64,000 nt of DNA from the human T2T-CHM13v2.0 reference genome, Homo sapiens. The DNA is taken from assembly GCF_009914755.1 (NCBI RefSeq), contig NC_060926.1. One strand, given 5' to 3'. The notes beneath the pieces are model-generated. The model saw only the letters and a program-made list of their open reading frames with translations. It did no database searches and had not been told where the DNA came from. Position 1 is the first letter of the stretch, and each line of letters opens with the position of its first letter. Shown piece after piece: positions 1 through 15,384 of this stretch. Made by a program: the position numbers and the translations under genes.

Positions 1-936
1 AATCTTTAGAAAAAACACAAGAAATTGACATTATAAACTTCTTTAAATTACCAGTGAATAAAGGGGGCAATAAAATCAGTAATTTATTAAATAAAGCACA
101 ATGGAAGCATTCATTAAGATGTCATGAAAATGCTAATTAATAATCAAAACGTATCCTATTGATTTGAGAGCTTTTCAGTTAGACTTCCAGATAACATCTA
201 GAAATAAGCACTGTACATTCTTAAGTAGAGATTTCATGACTAGGTCATATCCTTATATAGCACCCCTCTTTTGGGGTGTAAGGAAATACCCTGCAGTGAA
301 TATCCTCTGAAAGAGACTGCGTTATGAGAAAAAACACAAAGATTATCTTCTAGGTCACTAACAAGGGCTGATTATTTTATGTCAGTCATATTGCTCTTCT
401 TTTTTCCTTTTTGTCTTGATAAATTGTATCAGCTCTCCAAAACCCAGCTTATCTCATCCCTTTAATTTCCTTTAGTTTGATTTGTTTCTTCCTTAACTTT
501 CCAGAACATTGAGGTCTATACATAGCATCTAGCACCAATTTATATAGTATTTCTCCTTTTGGTTATTGATTCTAACTACTTGGTTGAGCATTAAATATTA
601 TAATATACACCCTACTGGTGGTGCATCTGTCTCATGTTTCTCTAGCTCCACGCACCTATCAAAGAACTACAGGTAGGAGACCCTCAGGAGCACTCTGCTC
701 CTTTTGTCCACTGAGAAGAAAAAGTGTATATTCATTTGGAGGTCTTTGCGCAGTACTCTGTTGAGATCTACAGATGCAGAAAGTTAAGAGTACAGCTAAA
801 TATTATGTAAGTTGAAAATGATTGGTGCATTCATTAGGTAAGAAAGTCTTTTAGTTTTTCCAATCTAGTCAAACTTCATTACCAAATTATCTTTTATCCA
901 ATAAACTCATTTTTAAGGTTGAATAATATTTTACTC

Positions 937-960
937 TGTGTGTGTGTGTGTGTGTGTGTG
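937..960. repeat. (TG)12 microsatellite
   Basis: Direct reading. Confidence 0.95.
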
Positions 961-1654
961 CATATGTATTTGTGTGTAACCACATTGTCTTTATCCATTC
1001 ATCCACTGATGGACACTTAGGTTGATTTCATGTCTTGGCTATGATGAGTAGGACCACAATCAACAGATGTACAAATGTATCTTTAATATACTGATTTTCT
1101 TTCTTTGGATTTATCCCCAAAAGTGAGATTGTTGGCTCTATTATAGATCTATTTTTATTTTTTTGAGGAACCTCCATACTGTTTTCCATAATGGCTGTAC
1201 CAATTTACTCTCCCACCAACTGTGTACAAAGGTTCTCTTTCCTCATATTCTTGCCAATATGTATCTTTTATCTTTTTGATAATAGACAATTTAACAGGTG
1301 GGAGATGATACCTCATTGTGGTTTTCAATAGTATTTCCCTGATGATTAGTGATGACAGCACCTTTTCATCTACCTATTGGCCATTTGTTTGCCTTCCTTG
1401 GAAAAGTATCTACTCAGGTCTGTTGCTCATTGTTTAATCAGATTATTTGAGGTTTTGTTTTTTTTCAACTATTGAGTTGTAACAGTTTCTTACATATTTT
1501 GGATATTAAGCCCTTATCAGATGTATGGCTTGCAAACATTTTTTCCCAATCCATGAGTTTCTATTTCATTCTGTTGATTGTTTCATTTGCTGTTCAGATG
1601 AAAAACTAACGAAACCCACTGAACTACTAAACTACTTAACTACTAAAACTGCTA

Positions 1655-1962
1655 GCCGGGCGTGGTGGCTCACACCTGTAATCCTAGCACATCGGGAGGC
1701 CGAGGTGGGCAAATCACAAGGAGTTCGAGACCAGCCTGGCCAACATGATGAAACCCCATCTCTACTAAAAATACAAAAAATTAGCTAGATGTGGTGGTGG
1801 GTGCCTGTAATTCCAGCTACTCAGGAGGCTGAGGCAGGAGAATCACTTGAACCTGGGAGGCAGAGGTTGCAGTGAACCAAGATCACACCACTACACTCCA
1901 GCCCTGGCGATAATGCAAGACTCCATCTCAAATAATAATAATAATAAATAAATAATAATGAA
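1655..1962 (+). mobile_element. AluS-type SINE
   Basis: Alu dimer with small left-arm deletion, (AAT)n tail, TSD AAAACTGCTA at 1645-1654 and 1963-1972. Confidence 0.95.
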
Positions 1963-2173
1963 AAAACTGCTAAAAAGCAGACGCTTTTAGTTTGATGCAA
2001 TCCCACTTTCCTAGTTTTGCTTTTGATGCCTATGCTTTCACTGTCATAGCCAAAATGTCATCGTCTAGACCAATGTTAATAAGCTTTTTCCCTATGTTTT
2101 CTTCTAGTAGTTTTATGATTTTTGGAAATATGTGTAGGTCTTATTCCATTGAGTTAACTTTTGTACATCACTT

Positions 2174-2470
2174 GACATTATGCAAAGTGAAGTAAGCCAG
2201 ACACAGAAAGATAAATACTACATTATTTATTTCTATATGGAACCAAAAATATTTGAACTCAAGAAGCAGAGAGTAGAATGGTGGTTGCTGGGCTGTGGTG
2301 AACGGAGTAAGGGGGAGATGTTGGTCTGGGGATACAAAGTTTCAGTTATGCAAGATGAATAGGCTCTGGAGATCTAACGTACAACAATGTGACTATAGTT
2401 AACAGTACTGTATTGTGTACTTGAAATTTGCTAAGCTCTTATTAAGTGTTCTCACCACACACACACAAAG
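2174..2470 (+). mobile_element. L1MA8/9-like ORF2 end and 3' UTR (non-inverted segment)
   Basis: gacattatgcaaagtgaagtaagccagacacagaaag...gatacaaagtttcagttatgcaagatgaat...ttaagtgttctcaccacacacac resembles the L1MA 3' end. Confidence 0.85.
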
Positions 2471-2563
2471 AATCTTCAGGGATCCCAAAAAGTTTATATG
2501 AATGCTTATGTAATTTATTTCTCCAAAATCCATGTAAAACCCCAATAATACTATAAATGACTA

Positions 2564-2998
<435 letters not shown>

Positions 2999-4817
2999 CT
3001 AATGATGGATCACTTCCATGAATCTCATCTTCCTCGTCTCTTAATTTGAATTGTAACTGCCATGAAAGACCTTTTCTAATTATTTTAAATTTACTGAATT
3101 AGCTGTGAATTAAGACTGAAAAGATATATTTGGAGATTAATAAAGTTCTTCAGGAAAGGTATTTTATTTACATATTTATTTTGGTATAAGATTCCCTACA
3201 TCTTATAATTACACCATCAGAAACACAAACCTAACTTACCTTTCCTCCTTGCATATTTAGCAAATGCCATAATCATGCATGGCCTGTTACTTTCTGAACC
3301 ATTTCCTATTGATTATATCCACTGAAATGTTGACATTGAATGATTGCTGAACTCTATCTGTACAAGCACTGAAAGTATTTGAAAGTAGAAATTACTCTTC
3401 AAATTTCATTTCTTTTATCTTTTCTGTTATAAGAACTTATCAGTGATTTCCTTCTGTATCCCATTATAGAAATGGCATCATGAAATAAAATATAAGCTGA
3501 CAGTTCTCAGATTTATTATTGTATTTGATATATTGACATTTTTAAAGAGTGGTGCTCTGTAGTTAAATGAATCCAAAGAGATTAAATCTCTTTAAAAGGA
3601 GTCAGTCCTCTAAGAGTGGAATTTTCTTGCCAATGCAGCTTGATCAGACCATAGTTGGGGGTGGGCTTTCAGAAATTGCAACACTTTTCATCTGCTCATC
3701 TATTTGAGGCAGTATTATTTTTTTGAGTTTCAATATCTTAAAATACTGATTTTTCTATCAATCATTACAATTGAATGCATTCACATTAGTTGATTTCTAT
3801 GAAAGTATCAATATCAATAGAAAATTACATCTTGGAAATGGATTTGACTCATGTACTTGAAAAATCAGTGTGTGAGGAAATTTAAAAGTCCAGTTTTCAT
3901 TAATTTTAGCACAAAGTGTTTTATTGAAACAAAATGCTTCACCTATCTGTATTTTAGTATTTGTTACATATGTAGAATAGGTAATGACCAAGTCAGGTGA
4001 TTTTGGGTATCCATCACCTTGAGTATTTATCATTTCTATGTGTTAGTAACACGTCAAGTCCTCTCTCCTAGCTACTTGGAAATATACAATACATTTGTTG
4101 CTAACTATAATCACCCTACTGTGCTTTTGAATATTGGGGATTATTTCTTCTATTTAACTGTATACCTGTGCCCACTAATCAACCTTGGTTTACCGCCCCC
4201 CCCAATCCCACCCTTCCAAGCCTCTGGCATCTATAATTCTATTCTCTGTCTCCATGAGATCAACTTTTTTAGCTCCCACGTATGCATGAAAACATATAGT
4301 ATCTGTTGTGCTGTGTCTGGCTTATCTCACTTAATGTAACAACTTCCAGTTCCATCCATGTTACTGCAAATGCCCTAATTTTATTATTTTTATGGCCAAA
4401 TAGTATTCCTTTGTGTAAATATACTGTATTTTTAAAAAATCCACTTATATATTAATGGACAATTATGTTGATTCCATATCTTTGCTATTGTGAATAGTGC
4501 CGCAAAGACATGCAAGTGCAGGTAGGTATCCCTTTGATACACATATTTCTTTTTCTTTGGATAAATACCCAGTAGTGGGATTGCTGAATCTTATGGTAGT
4601 ATTATTTTTGATTTTTTGAGAAATCTCCATTCTGTCTTCTATAGTGGTTATACTAACTTTCATTCCCACCGACAGTGTATGAGTTCCCTTCTCCTCACAT
4701 CCCGATCAGCATCTATTAAATTTTTTTTGTCTTTTTAGTAAGAGCCATTTTAACTGGGATAAAGTAATATCTCATTGTGGTTTTAATTTTCATTTCCCTG
4801 CTGGTTAGCAATACTGA

Positions 4818-5206
<389 letters not shown>

Positions 5207-7398
5207 CTTTGCCCACTTTTTAATAGGATTTTTGTTGTTGTTGATGAGTTGTTTTGAGTTTCTTGTATATTTCAGATATTAGCCTCTTGTTGCATGAATA
5301 GCTGGCAAATATTTTCTCCCATTCAACAGGTTGTCTCTTCACTCAACGGATTGTTTCCTTGCTATGTAGCTTTTTAGTTTAATAGTCACATTTGTCTATT
5401 TTTGTTATAGTTCTCTGCGCTTTTGGGGTCTTAGCCATGAAATGTTTGTAAGATTGATGTCTTGAAGTGTATTTTCTGTGTTCTTTTCTAGTATTTTTAC
5501 AGTTCCAGGTCTAATGTTTAAGTTTTTCATGGATCTTGAGTTAATTTTTCTATATATAGAGAGCAGTCCAGATTCATTATTTTACATATGTACATCTAAT
5601 TTTCCCAGAACCGTTTATTGAAGAGGATGTCCTTTACCAGCATGTTCTTAATGCCTTTATCAAAAATAAGTTGGCAATAAACATATGGATTTACTTCTGG
5701 ACTCACTGATCCATTGGTCTATGTGTCTGCTCTTATAACAAAACCATGCTGTTTGTTTGGGTTATTATAGCCGTCTAACATATTTTGAAGTTGGGTAGTG
5801 TGAAGTCTTCAGCTTTGTTCCTTTGGCTGAGGATTGTTTTGGCTTTTCTTGCTCTTTTTTGGTTTGATATGAATTCTATAATTTTTTTTAATTCTGTGGA
5901 AAGTGACATTCTTACTTTGATAGGAAATGCATAGGATCTATAGATGCTTTAAGCAGTATGAAAATTTAACAAAATTGAGTTTCCCAATCCATAAGCCTGG
6001 GATACTGAACTGTAGTTTTAGTTTGTTGTTGTGTCTTTGTCTGGTTTGGTACCTGGGTAATGCTAGCCTCATAGAATGATTTAGGGAGAGTTCTCACCTC
6101 TTCAATTTTTTTGAATACTTTCAGGAGAATTGGTATTAGTTCTTTATATGTTTGGTAGAATTTGGCTGTGAATTCATCTGGTCCTGGGATTTTCTTTGCT
6201 GGGAGACCTTTCGTTACTGATTCAATGTCACTACTCACAATTGGTATGTTCAGGTTTTTTTTTACTTTTTCCTAATTCAGTCTTGGTAGGTGTATGTTGT
6301 GAGGAATTCATCCATTTCTTCTAGGTTTTCCAGTATTTTAGCATATAGTTGTGCATAATGATCTCTGATGATCTTTTGTATTTTGTTGGTATCAATTGCA
6401 ATGTTTCCTTTTCTGATTTTGTTTATTTGGGTTTTTTCTCTTCTTCACAGCAATATTGGCCTGTAATTTTGTTTTGTTTTGTTGAATGTGTTTTTTTGAA
6501 TCTCTATGTCATTGAGCTCTGATCTGATATTTACTATTTCTTTCCTTCTGATAATTTTGGATTTGACTTACCCTTGCTTTCCTAATTCCTTGAGGTGCAT
6601 CATTAGGTTGTTGATTATAAATCTTTCTACTTTTTAAATGTAAATATTTACTGTTATAAATGTCCCTTTTAGCACTGCTTTTGCTGTCTCCCACAAGTTT
6701 GGGTATTTTTGTATTTCCATTTTTATTTATTTCAAGAAATTTTTTGATTTCCATCTTAGTTTCTTCATTGGCCCAATGGTTGGTTATCCAGAAGCATGTT
6801 TTTAATCTTCATGTATCTGTATAGTTTCCAACGTTCCTCTTACTGATTTCTAGTTTTACTCTATTGTAGTCTGAGAATATGCTTAGTGTGATTTCTATTT
6901 TATAAAAGATTTGTTAAGACTTATTTTGTGTCCCAAACTATGGTTTATCCTGAAGAATGTTCCATTTGCTGATGAGAAGAATGTATATTTTGTAATTTTG
7001 GATAAAATGTCCTGTAAATGTCTGTTAGGTCTATTTGGTCAAAAATAAAGTTTAAATCTACTGTTTCTATTAAAAGTGCAATTTAAATCTACTGTATTAA
7101 CATTTTCCACTATTATTGTATTGAAGTGTACCTCTCTCTTTAGATCTGGTAATACTTGATTTATGAATTTGGGTGATTTAGTGTTGGGTGTATATATATT
7201 TAGAATTGTTATTTCCTATTGCTTAAACAATCTCTTTGTCATTATATAATGGCCTTTGTTTTTTCTTTACTGTTTTTGACTTAAAATTGATTTTATGTGA
7301 CATAAGCATAGCTACTCCTGCTCGCTTTTGGTTTCCTTTTGTTTGGAATATCTTTTTCCAGCACTTCACTTTGAGTCTATATATGTCTTTGTAGGTAA

Positions 7399-7745
<347 letters not shown>

Positions 7746-10700
7746 TAGATCATGTTTCTTTATCCATTCAACCAGTCTATGTCTTTTAAGTGGAGAATTT
7801 AATCCATTTACATTCAAGGTTATTATTGATATGTAAGGTTTACTTCCTACCACATTGTTGTTTCGGGTTGTGTTGTATATTTTTTGTTCCTTTCTTTTTC
7901 TTCTTTCATTTGCTATTGTGGTTAGGTAGTTTTCTGTAGTGGTACAATTTGGGTTGTATCTCTTCTTCATTTGTGTGTTTGGTTTATCAGTAAGTTTTAT
8001 ACTTTCATGTGATTTCATGATAGTAAATGTTGTCTTTTCGCTTCCAGATTTAGGAGTCCCTTAAGCATTTCTTGTAGGGCCAGTGAAGGGCCATCAGTGT
8101 TTGCTTGTCTGGGAAAAACTTCATTTCCCCTTTATTGATGAAGAATAATTTTGCTGTGCATGATATCCTTGAGTGGGAAGTTTGTTTTTTTTTAAAGCAC
8201 TTTGAATATGTTATTCCATTTTCTCCTGGCCTAACAGGTTTCTGCTGAGCCCCAGTGTTAGTCTGATGGGAGTTCCTTTATAGGTGACAATATGTTTTTC
8301 TTGCTGTTTTATATAGTTTTCTCTTTAATACTGACTTTAGATGGTTGGACTATAATATGCTGTGGATAATTTTTGGTATTGTAGCTGTTTGGGGATCACT
8401 GGGCCTTCTGTATCTGGATGTGTAAATCTGTTGCTGGACTTGGAAAGTTTTGATTTATTGTTTTTTTAAATAGGATCTTAACTAAACTCTTGTTTTCTCT
8501 TCACCCTCAGGGACATTGATAATTCAATTTCAAAACACCCATATTCAAGTTTTGAGATTCTTTCTTCTGCTTAATCTTGTTTATTATTGAAGCTTTCAGA
8601 TGTATTTTTATTTCATTTAATAAATTTTTCATTTTCAGTATTTCTGATTTTTTTTAAATAACTATTCGGAAAATTTCTCATTCATATCCTGACTTGTTTT
8701 TCTGATTTCTCTGTATTGCTTTAATCATTTTTATTTATCTTTCTGAGCTTCTTTAAACTCAGCATTTTGAATTACTTTTCTGGGAATTCATGGATTTATT
8801 TTGATTGGGATATGTTGTTAGAAAATTATATTTTTGGGAGGTGTCATATTTCCTTGCTTTTTGATGCTTCCTGTATCCTCACATTGATATCTGTGCATCT
8901 GGTGTAGTAGTTGCTTCTTCCAACTTTTTAAACTTACTTTTGCAGAGAAAGACATTTTCCTGAAGATTTATATATGTTGTTGGTTGGGTAGAGAACTTTG
9001 GCCTCAATTTTGAGTGCATGCGATATTGTAGTATCTGTGATTTCATCAGCTGTAAAGTGTCAGTGGTATCTTTGAATTCCTCGGTGGCTTAGGGCTTAGA
9101 ACACAGTTATTAGTGAAGAATGTGGTAAAGTCTTACTGGGGACGAGGATGCTGGATAGTCCAGTCTTTGAGTCCCAGTGGTGGTAGTGGTGGGCTAAGCA
9201 TGCCTTACCTTGAGCCGTAGAGCAATGTATGCTGGCTCTGGTGTTAGCACATTCAGGCAGGCCAATTCTTGGGCCCCCAGATGGCTTTCTCAGATGCCAG
9301 TAGTGGCAGCAGTAGGCCAGGCTTGTGTGTGGGTTCTTGGGCCTCTGGGCAGTGGTGTGGTGTGCATAATGGCATAAGCAGTGGTAGCACAACTCAGTGG
9401 AACACCAATTCATGTTGGTGTTGGTGTTGTCAGTGGCTGCAACAGGCTGGATGGGCAAGTCCCTTGACCTGCAGCTGGCTCATATGGGTTAGTGTCTGCA
9501 GTGGTGGTATTGGTAGGTTGGATAATCCTGACCTCAGACCCTGGCAGTAGTGTTCAAGTGCCAGTGATGGTGAGCTGGTCTGGTAATCCCTAGGCCTTTG
9601 GAATGTGTGCTTGGGTACTGTTCAGATGAAAGCTGGTGAGCAGATTTGTCATCAGGACCCCTGGTAGTATGTTCAGGCACTACGTATGATAGGCAGAGGC
9701 AGAATACTCCCCAGGTCACTAGCAGAATGCTCAGGTTGGGACAGCAGTGGCTGTGTTATGAGTCTGCTTCTGGGGAGGCTGGGGCCACTCTCATTGGGAG
9801 CAGCCTAGGAAGGCAGCTGTGGAGCTCATGGTTTGCTTATGCACTGGTCCTGCAGTAGCAGCAGTGGTATTTCTCCTTGGGACATGTGAAAGTTCCTGGC
9901 CTTCCATCTCCCTCCTGTGGCAGCTCTGGTAGCAGTGGCCCCAGGGCAGAATGCAGGCCTTTGAAGACTAAGCTTTCTGAATGGTACCAGCTATGGGCCT
10001 ACAACCAGGGAAGGTGGGGCCACTCTCAATGACAGCAACATAGACAGGCAGCTATGGGACATACAGTTGCCTCATATCTTAGTCCCACAACAGCCCACAG
10101 CAGCAGCAGTGGATTTGTTCTTTGGGTGTATGAAATGTCTGGCTTCCCTTATCTCTCCCTGGACTGACTGTAGCAGTAGCACCATCAGCTCCAGGGCAGG
10201 ATGCCGTCCTTTTGGAACTGAGCTCTCAGAATGGTGCCATATTGCAGCTGCTCAAGGCTGAGAAGACTGTGAAACCCAGCATGAGCTCCCTCTCTTAAGC
10301 GGTGCCTCTGCGCAATCTGTAGGCAGCTCCCTATGTTAGTTTCTAGGCTCGTGGGTGCCGAGGGGCTTGCTCTTGGCTAAGATTGTGTAAGTCCATGGCA
10401 GGAATGTGGAGCCCTGGGGATCACACATTTTCCCTTTCCCTGTGTCTGGGAGCTTCTTCCAGCTCCCAGTCAATCCCAACTGAGAAGGCTGCCTCATTTC
10501 CCTTTCATTCTTTGACTTTGTTGCTTCCATTAATTTCTCTGTTGAATATTGGTGTTCTCTTATAGATGACTCATTTGAACTATGAATATCTACTTGCCAT
10601 TTTGGTGTCACTTTATGGAGAGGCATATAATAGCTGCATCTAGTCAACCCTCTTCCCTTATGACAGCCAAAATATTATTAATTGAAATGCCAACTGTACT

Positions 10701-11649
10701 TATTAAAGAGCCTAGATCTGTGATGAGCAGTGATTCATGATTTGCCACTGCAAACTTGCCATCTATCAAACCTTAACTATAGTTAATAATTGAACTTTGT
10801 TAGCAGCAAGTCATGAATTTAGTCATAAGGACTCCAAAGATTATCTGATATTTGACTATGTATACTCAATCTTTAGCTGGCTTTAAATAACCTGCTTTAT
10901 GTTTATAGGTGTCTTCCCCAAAGAAGAGAGTTTATCAAACAAAACATAATAATGCTGGTGATCTTAATGCCTCTCCCAATATGTTTTTCTGATGCCACTA
11001 CACATCTAGCTAGATTTGACTCTTTAGTATGTAGCCAACATTAATGACTGTTCTAATACACACTTGATTTTTATTTCACAGAATACAAAATTCTTGATTT
11101 ATTGGAAAAGAATGATAATGCCTGTATCCCTGTATGAGCACTTGCTCTAGCCACGGTCACAGTGCCATCTGTCTAGGGTCTGGGGAATTTAGGCCCATTG
11201 ATCATTTGGAGAGGTTGAGGAGTAAAATAAATAGTACCCAGCTCTATCATCAAGAGGTTAGTGCTCAGGTCTACCACTTCACTCCATTTTTGATACCAGA
11301 ATCTCTGCTCTCATCACCATCTTCTGACAAGTTTGAAGTCTGGCAACCAAGGAGCAAAAGTGGGTGGGGCATTATTCAACTAATGGATCCATGAGATAAC
11401 TTCTTTATCAATGCCTGCTTTGTTATACAGCGAACTCTCTGCTAACACTCATACCATGAGAAATGATTTTAACAAAACCCTAAACTTACTCCACACTCTA
11501 ATGAAACAGTTTTTGCTAGCTAGCATTTATTAAGCGTATTTTTTTAATCTTACTCACAATAAATAATTTATACCAACAATTGGTACTCAAGGAATTTTGA
11601 ATACCCTCCCTCCCTAAGCTCTCCTTAATTGGAACAGAAGGGATATGAA

Positions 11650-11976
<327 letters not shown>

Positions 11977-12862
11977 TTATATATTACATATTCACAAACC
12001 ATTTTCTTAGCCACCTTCAGTTAATGTATTTTTAATTTTTATCTTTTTAAATTTTAGATTCAGGGGATATATGTGCATGTTTGTTAAGTGGATATAATGC
12101 ATAATGGTGAGGTTTGGGTTTCTAGTATACCAATCACCCAAAGAGTGAACATTGTACCCAATAGGTAATTTTTCAACCCTCATGCTCCTCCCATACTCCC
12201 CCTTTTCAGAATCCTCAGTTTCTATCATTTACATCTTTATGTCCATGTGTACTCATTTGTTAGCTCCCCTTTAAAAGTTAGAATAAGTGATTTATGATTT
12301 TTATGTTTCTGAGTTATTTCACTTAGAATAATGGCCCCCAACTTTACTCATGTAGCTACAGAAAACATAATTTCATTCTTTTTTATGGTTGCATAGAATT
12401 CCATAGTGTATATATGTTTAATCCTATCATCCATTGATGTGCACTTAGGTTGATTTCATGACTTTGCTATTGTGGATAGTGCTGCAATAAACATGTGAGT
12501 ATGGGTGTCCTTTGGATATAATAACTTCTTTTCCTTTGGGTAGATAGCCAGTAGTGAGATTGCTGGGTCAAATAGTAGTTCTATTTTTAGTTATTTGACA
12601 CATCTTCCTACTGTTTTCCATAGAGGTTTTACTAATTTACACTCCCATAGTGTACAAACATTCTCTTTTCTCCACATCCACACCAACATCTGTGGTTTTT
12701 TGACTTTTTAATAATAGCCACTCTGACTGGTGTGATGTGTTATCTTATTGTGGTTTTAATTTGCATTTCTCTGATGATTAGTGATGTTTACCTTTTATTA
12801 CATGTTTATTAGCCACTTGTATGACTTCTTTTGAGAAGTGTCTGTTCATATCCTTTGCCCAC

Positions 12863-13279
12863 TGATAATAGTTTGGATGTATGTCCCCTCTAAATTTCAT
12901 GTTGAAATGCCATCCCCAGTGTTGGAAATGGGGCATAGTGGGAAGTGGTTGAGTCATGGAGACAGATCCCTCATGAATGGCTTGGTGCACACCTCACAGT
13001 AATGAGTGAGTTCTGTCTCTCTCTGAGTTTACACGAGATTGTTTAAAAGAATGTGGCACCTCCCCATTCTCTCTCTTGTTCACTCTGTCACCATGTGGCA
13101 TGCTGGCTCCCCTTCACTTTCTGCCATGATTGTTAGCTCACTGAGGCCCTCACCAGAAGCAGATGCCAGCACTATGGTTCATGTATACCCAGCAGAACCA
13201 CAAGCCAAATAAAATTGTTTTCTTAATAAATTACCCAGTCTCAGTTTTTCCTTTATATCAATGCAAACAGACTAACACA
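12863..13279 (+). mobile_element. MSTB-like MaLR solo LTR inside L1
   Basis: Starts tgataatagtttggatgtatgtcccctctaaatttcatgttgaaat, AATAAA near 3' end, ends gactaacaca; host L1 resumes after 5 bp (TSD degraded). Confidence 0.9.
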
Positions 13280-14215
13280 TGTACTTTTTAATGGGGTTGT
13301 TTTTGTTATTGTTGTTGAGTTTTTTGAGTCCTTTGTAGATTCTGGAGATTAATCTTTTGTCGGAGTCATAATTTGCAATTATTTTCTTCAATTCTGTAGG
13401 TTGTCAGTTTACTCTGTTAATTTTTTGTTGTTATGCAGAAGCTTTTTGGTTTAAGTCTCATTTGTATATTTTTGTTTTTGTTGCACTTGTTTTTGAGGTC
13501 TTAGTCATAAATTCTTTGCTTAGGCCAAATGTTCAGAGCAGTCTTTCTTAAGTTTTCTTTTAGGATTTTTATATTTATTTTTATATTTTCAGGTCTTACA
13601 TTTAAGTCTTTAATCTACCTCGAGTTAATTCTTGCATGTGGTGAGAGGTATGGGTCCAGTTTCATTCTTCTGCATATGACTAGCCTGTTTTCCAGTGCCA
13701 TTTATTGGATGATATTGTTTATTATCATTGTTTCTTTCTTTCCCCATTGTTTATTTTTGCTGACATTGGAAAATATAAGTTGGTCGTACATATGTGGCTT
13801 TATTTCTGGGTTCTCTATTCTGTTTAATAGATCTGTGTATTTTATTTTTGTATCAGAACCATGCAGTTTTAGTTACTATAGACTTACAGTATAATTTGCA
13901 GTCAGGTATTGTGATGCCTCCAGCTTTGTTCTTTTTGCTTAAGATTGCTTGGGCTATTTGGCTCTTTTTTTTTTTTTGGTTTTGTATGAATTTTAAGATT
14001 GTTTTTTCAAATTCTGTGAAAAATGACATTAGTAATTTGATAGAAATTGCATTGATACTGTAGATTGCTTTGGAAGTATGATCATTTTAATAATGTTTTC
14101 AGTTCCAAAAGCATGGAATGTTTTTCTATTTGTTTGTGTCATCTGCAATTTCTTTAATCAGTATTTTATAGTTCTCCTTGTGGAGCTCTTTTACCTTCTT
14201 GGTTAGATGTATGCC

Positions 14216-14242
14216 TATATATATATATATATATATGTATGC

Positions 14243-14275
<33 letters not shown>

Positions 14276-14325
14276 TACATACACATACACACACACACAT
14301 ACACACACACACACATATATATATA
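14216..14325. repeat. Compound (TA)n/(CA)n microsatellite
   Basis: Direct reading; source of the VCVCVYIYI ORFs. Confidence 0.95.
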
Positions 14326-15384
14326 TTTGCATGGCAATTTTAAATGAGATTGAGTTCCTGTCTTAGTTCTCAGCTTGAATGTTATTGTTGTATAGAAATG
14401 TCTCTGATTTTTTGTACATTGATTTTTGTATCCTGAAACTCTGCTCAAGTCATTTATCAAAGTTAGGAGTCTTTTGGAAGAGTCTTAGGGTTTCTAGGTA
14501 TAATATCATGTCAGCAGTGAACAGAGATAAGGAGGATGATGATGAAATTATCAGAACGTAGAAACTGTATTTTTTTATGATTCAGCTCCTTGCTGTGCCC
14601 TTTAGACTAGCTGGCAATGGTAGTTTTATTGGTAAGTGGAACCTAAAGGAGAAAATCAAACAGAAAATTCACTATCTTGTAATGTCTCAGATTTTATCTA
14701 TAGTACAGAAAAGGAACAGAGTCTTGTGACAAGGGCTGCATTATCCTGGGGAAGTAAGCAGCAACTTAATACAAGAAAATGGGCTGAAGGGTAAACTGTC
14801 TTAATGATTACTGCTGATTATATTGTAAGCCTATTTGTATTTTATTTTTCCCTTTAATTTTATAAAGTGTTCTTGGGAACAGTTTTAGTTTTCCCTAGGC
14901 TCGATTTCTTTTTCAATCTTGAGGTGCAAGAATTAATATGGTCCAAATTTGGCAAAGACTGCTCTAGATTTTTTTCTTGGCAAGGGGCATAGCCATGGTG
15001 TGAGTCAGGATTAGAGGAATGAAATTCTCAGGTAGTAACTCTAAATATTTGTGAGTGCCTAGTCAGGGGTATAGTATGAACAAATTTGGTATTTTTGTCT
15101 ATTATTTTAGTGTAACATTTAATTGAACAGTGAACTATGAGGTAAATTATAAGCCCTATTAACAGAATTGTGAATCCAAACTTTAAGACCCCTTGTAAAG
15201 TGAAGTAAAAATCTTGGAGTATCTGTGAGAAAAGCTCAGAAAATCAGTCAGACAGAGGGTGTGTAGTAAGAAATGTTATAGTCAGGAATGAATGTACAAT
15301 GTAGTCTAAATAAATTGTAGACAAATAGTAAAAGTCCAAATATAATGGACAAGGCTAGAATCTAAAAACAAGTGTAGTATACTT

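Larger units (their letters stand above)
905..2168 (-). mobile_element. Old L1 (L1MA8/9-like) ORF2 3' part; inverted segment of a 5'-inverted insertion, interrupted by an Alu
   Basis: ORF 1155..1361(-) [27 protein letters not shown] resembles the L1 ORF2p C-terminus ([24 protein letters not shown]); frameshifted and degenerate. Confidence 0.85.
12030..14530 (-). mobile_element. L1PA16/L1PB-like 3' portion (segment D of the rearranged element)
   Basis: 3' UTR ttttagattcagggga...aataggtaatttttcaaccct; ORF2 sequence back to atcatgtcagcagtgaacagagataa (RT FADD-motif region) at 14530. Confidence 0.88.

Noticed and set aside
635-812. Possible exon (tttctctag acceptor at 645; donors at 673 or 807)
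   Set aside because: Splice-like motifs are frequent by chance; no recognisable reading frame or partner exon
8950-10646. GC-richer segment with several ORFs as a gene or promoter island
   Set aside because: CpG-depleted and positioned as the 5' UTR of the L1MA; same applies to 26500-27900
11130-11345. Possible ERVL/MaLR internal fragment
   Set aside because: Only faint resemblance (tgataccagaat); family cannot be assigned from sequence alone
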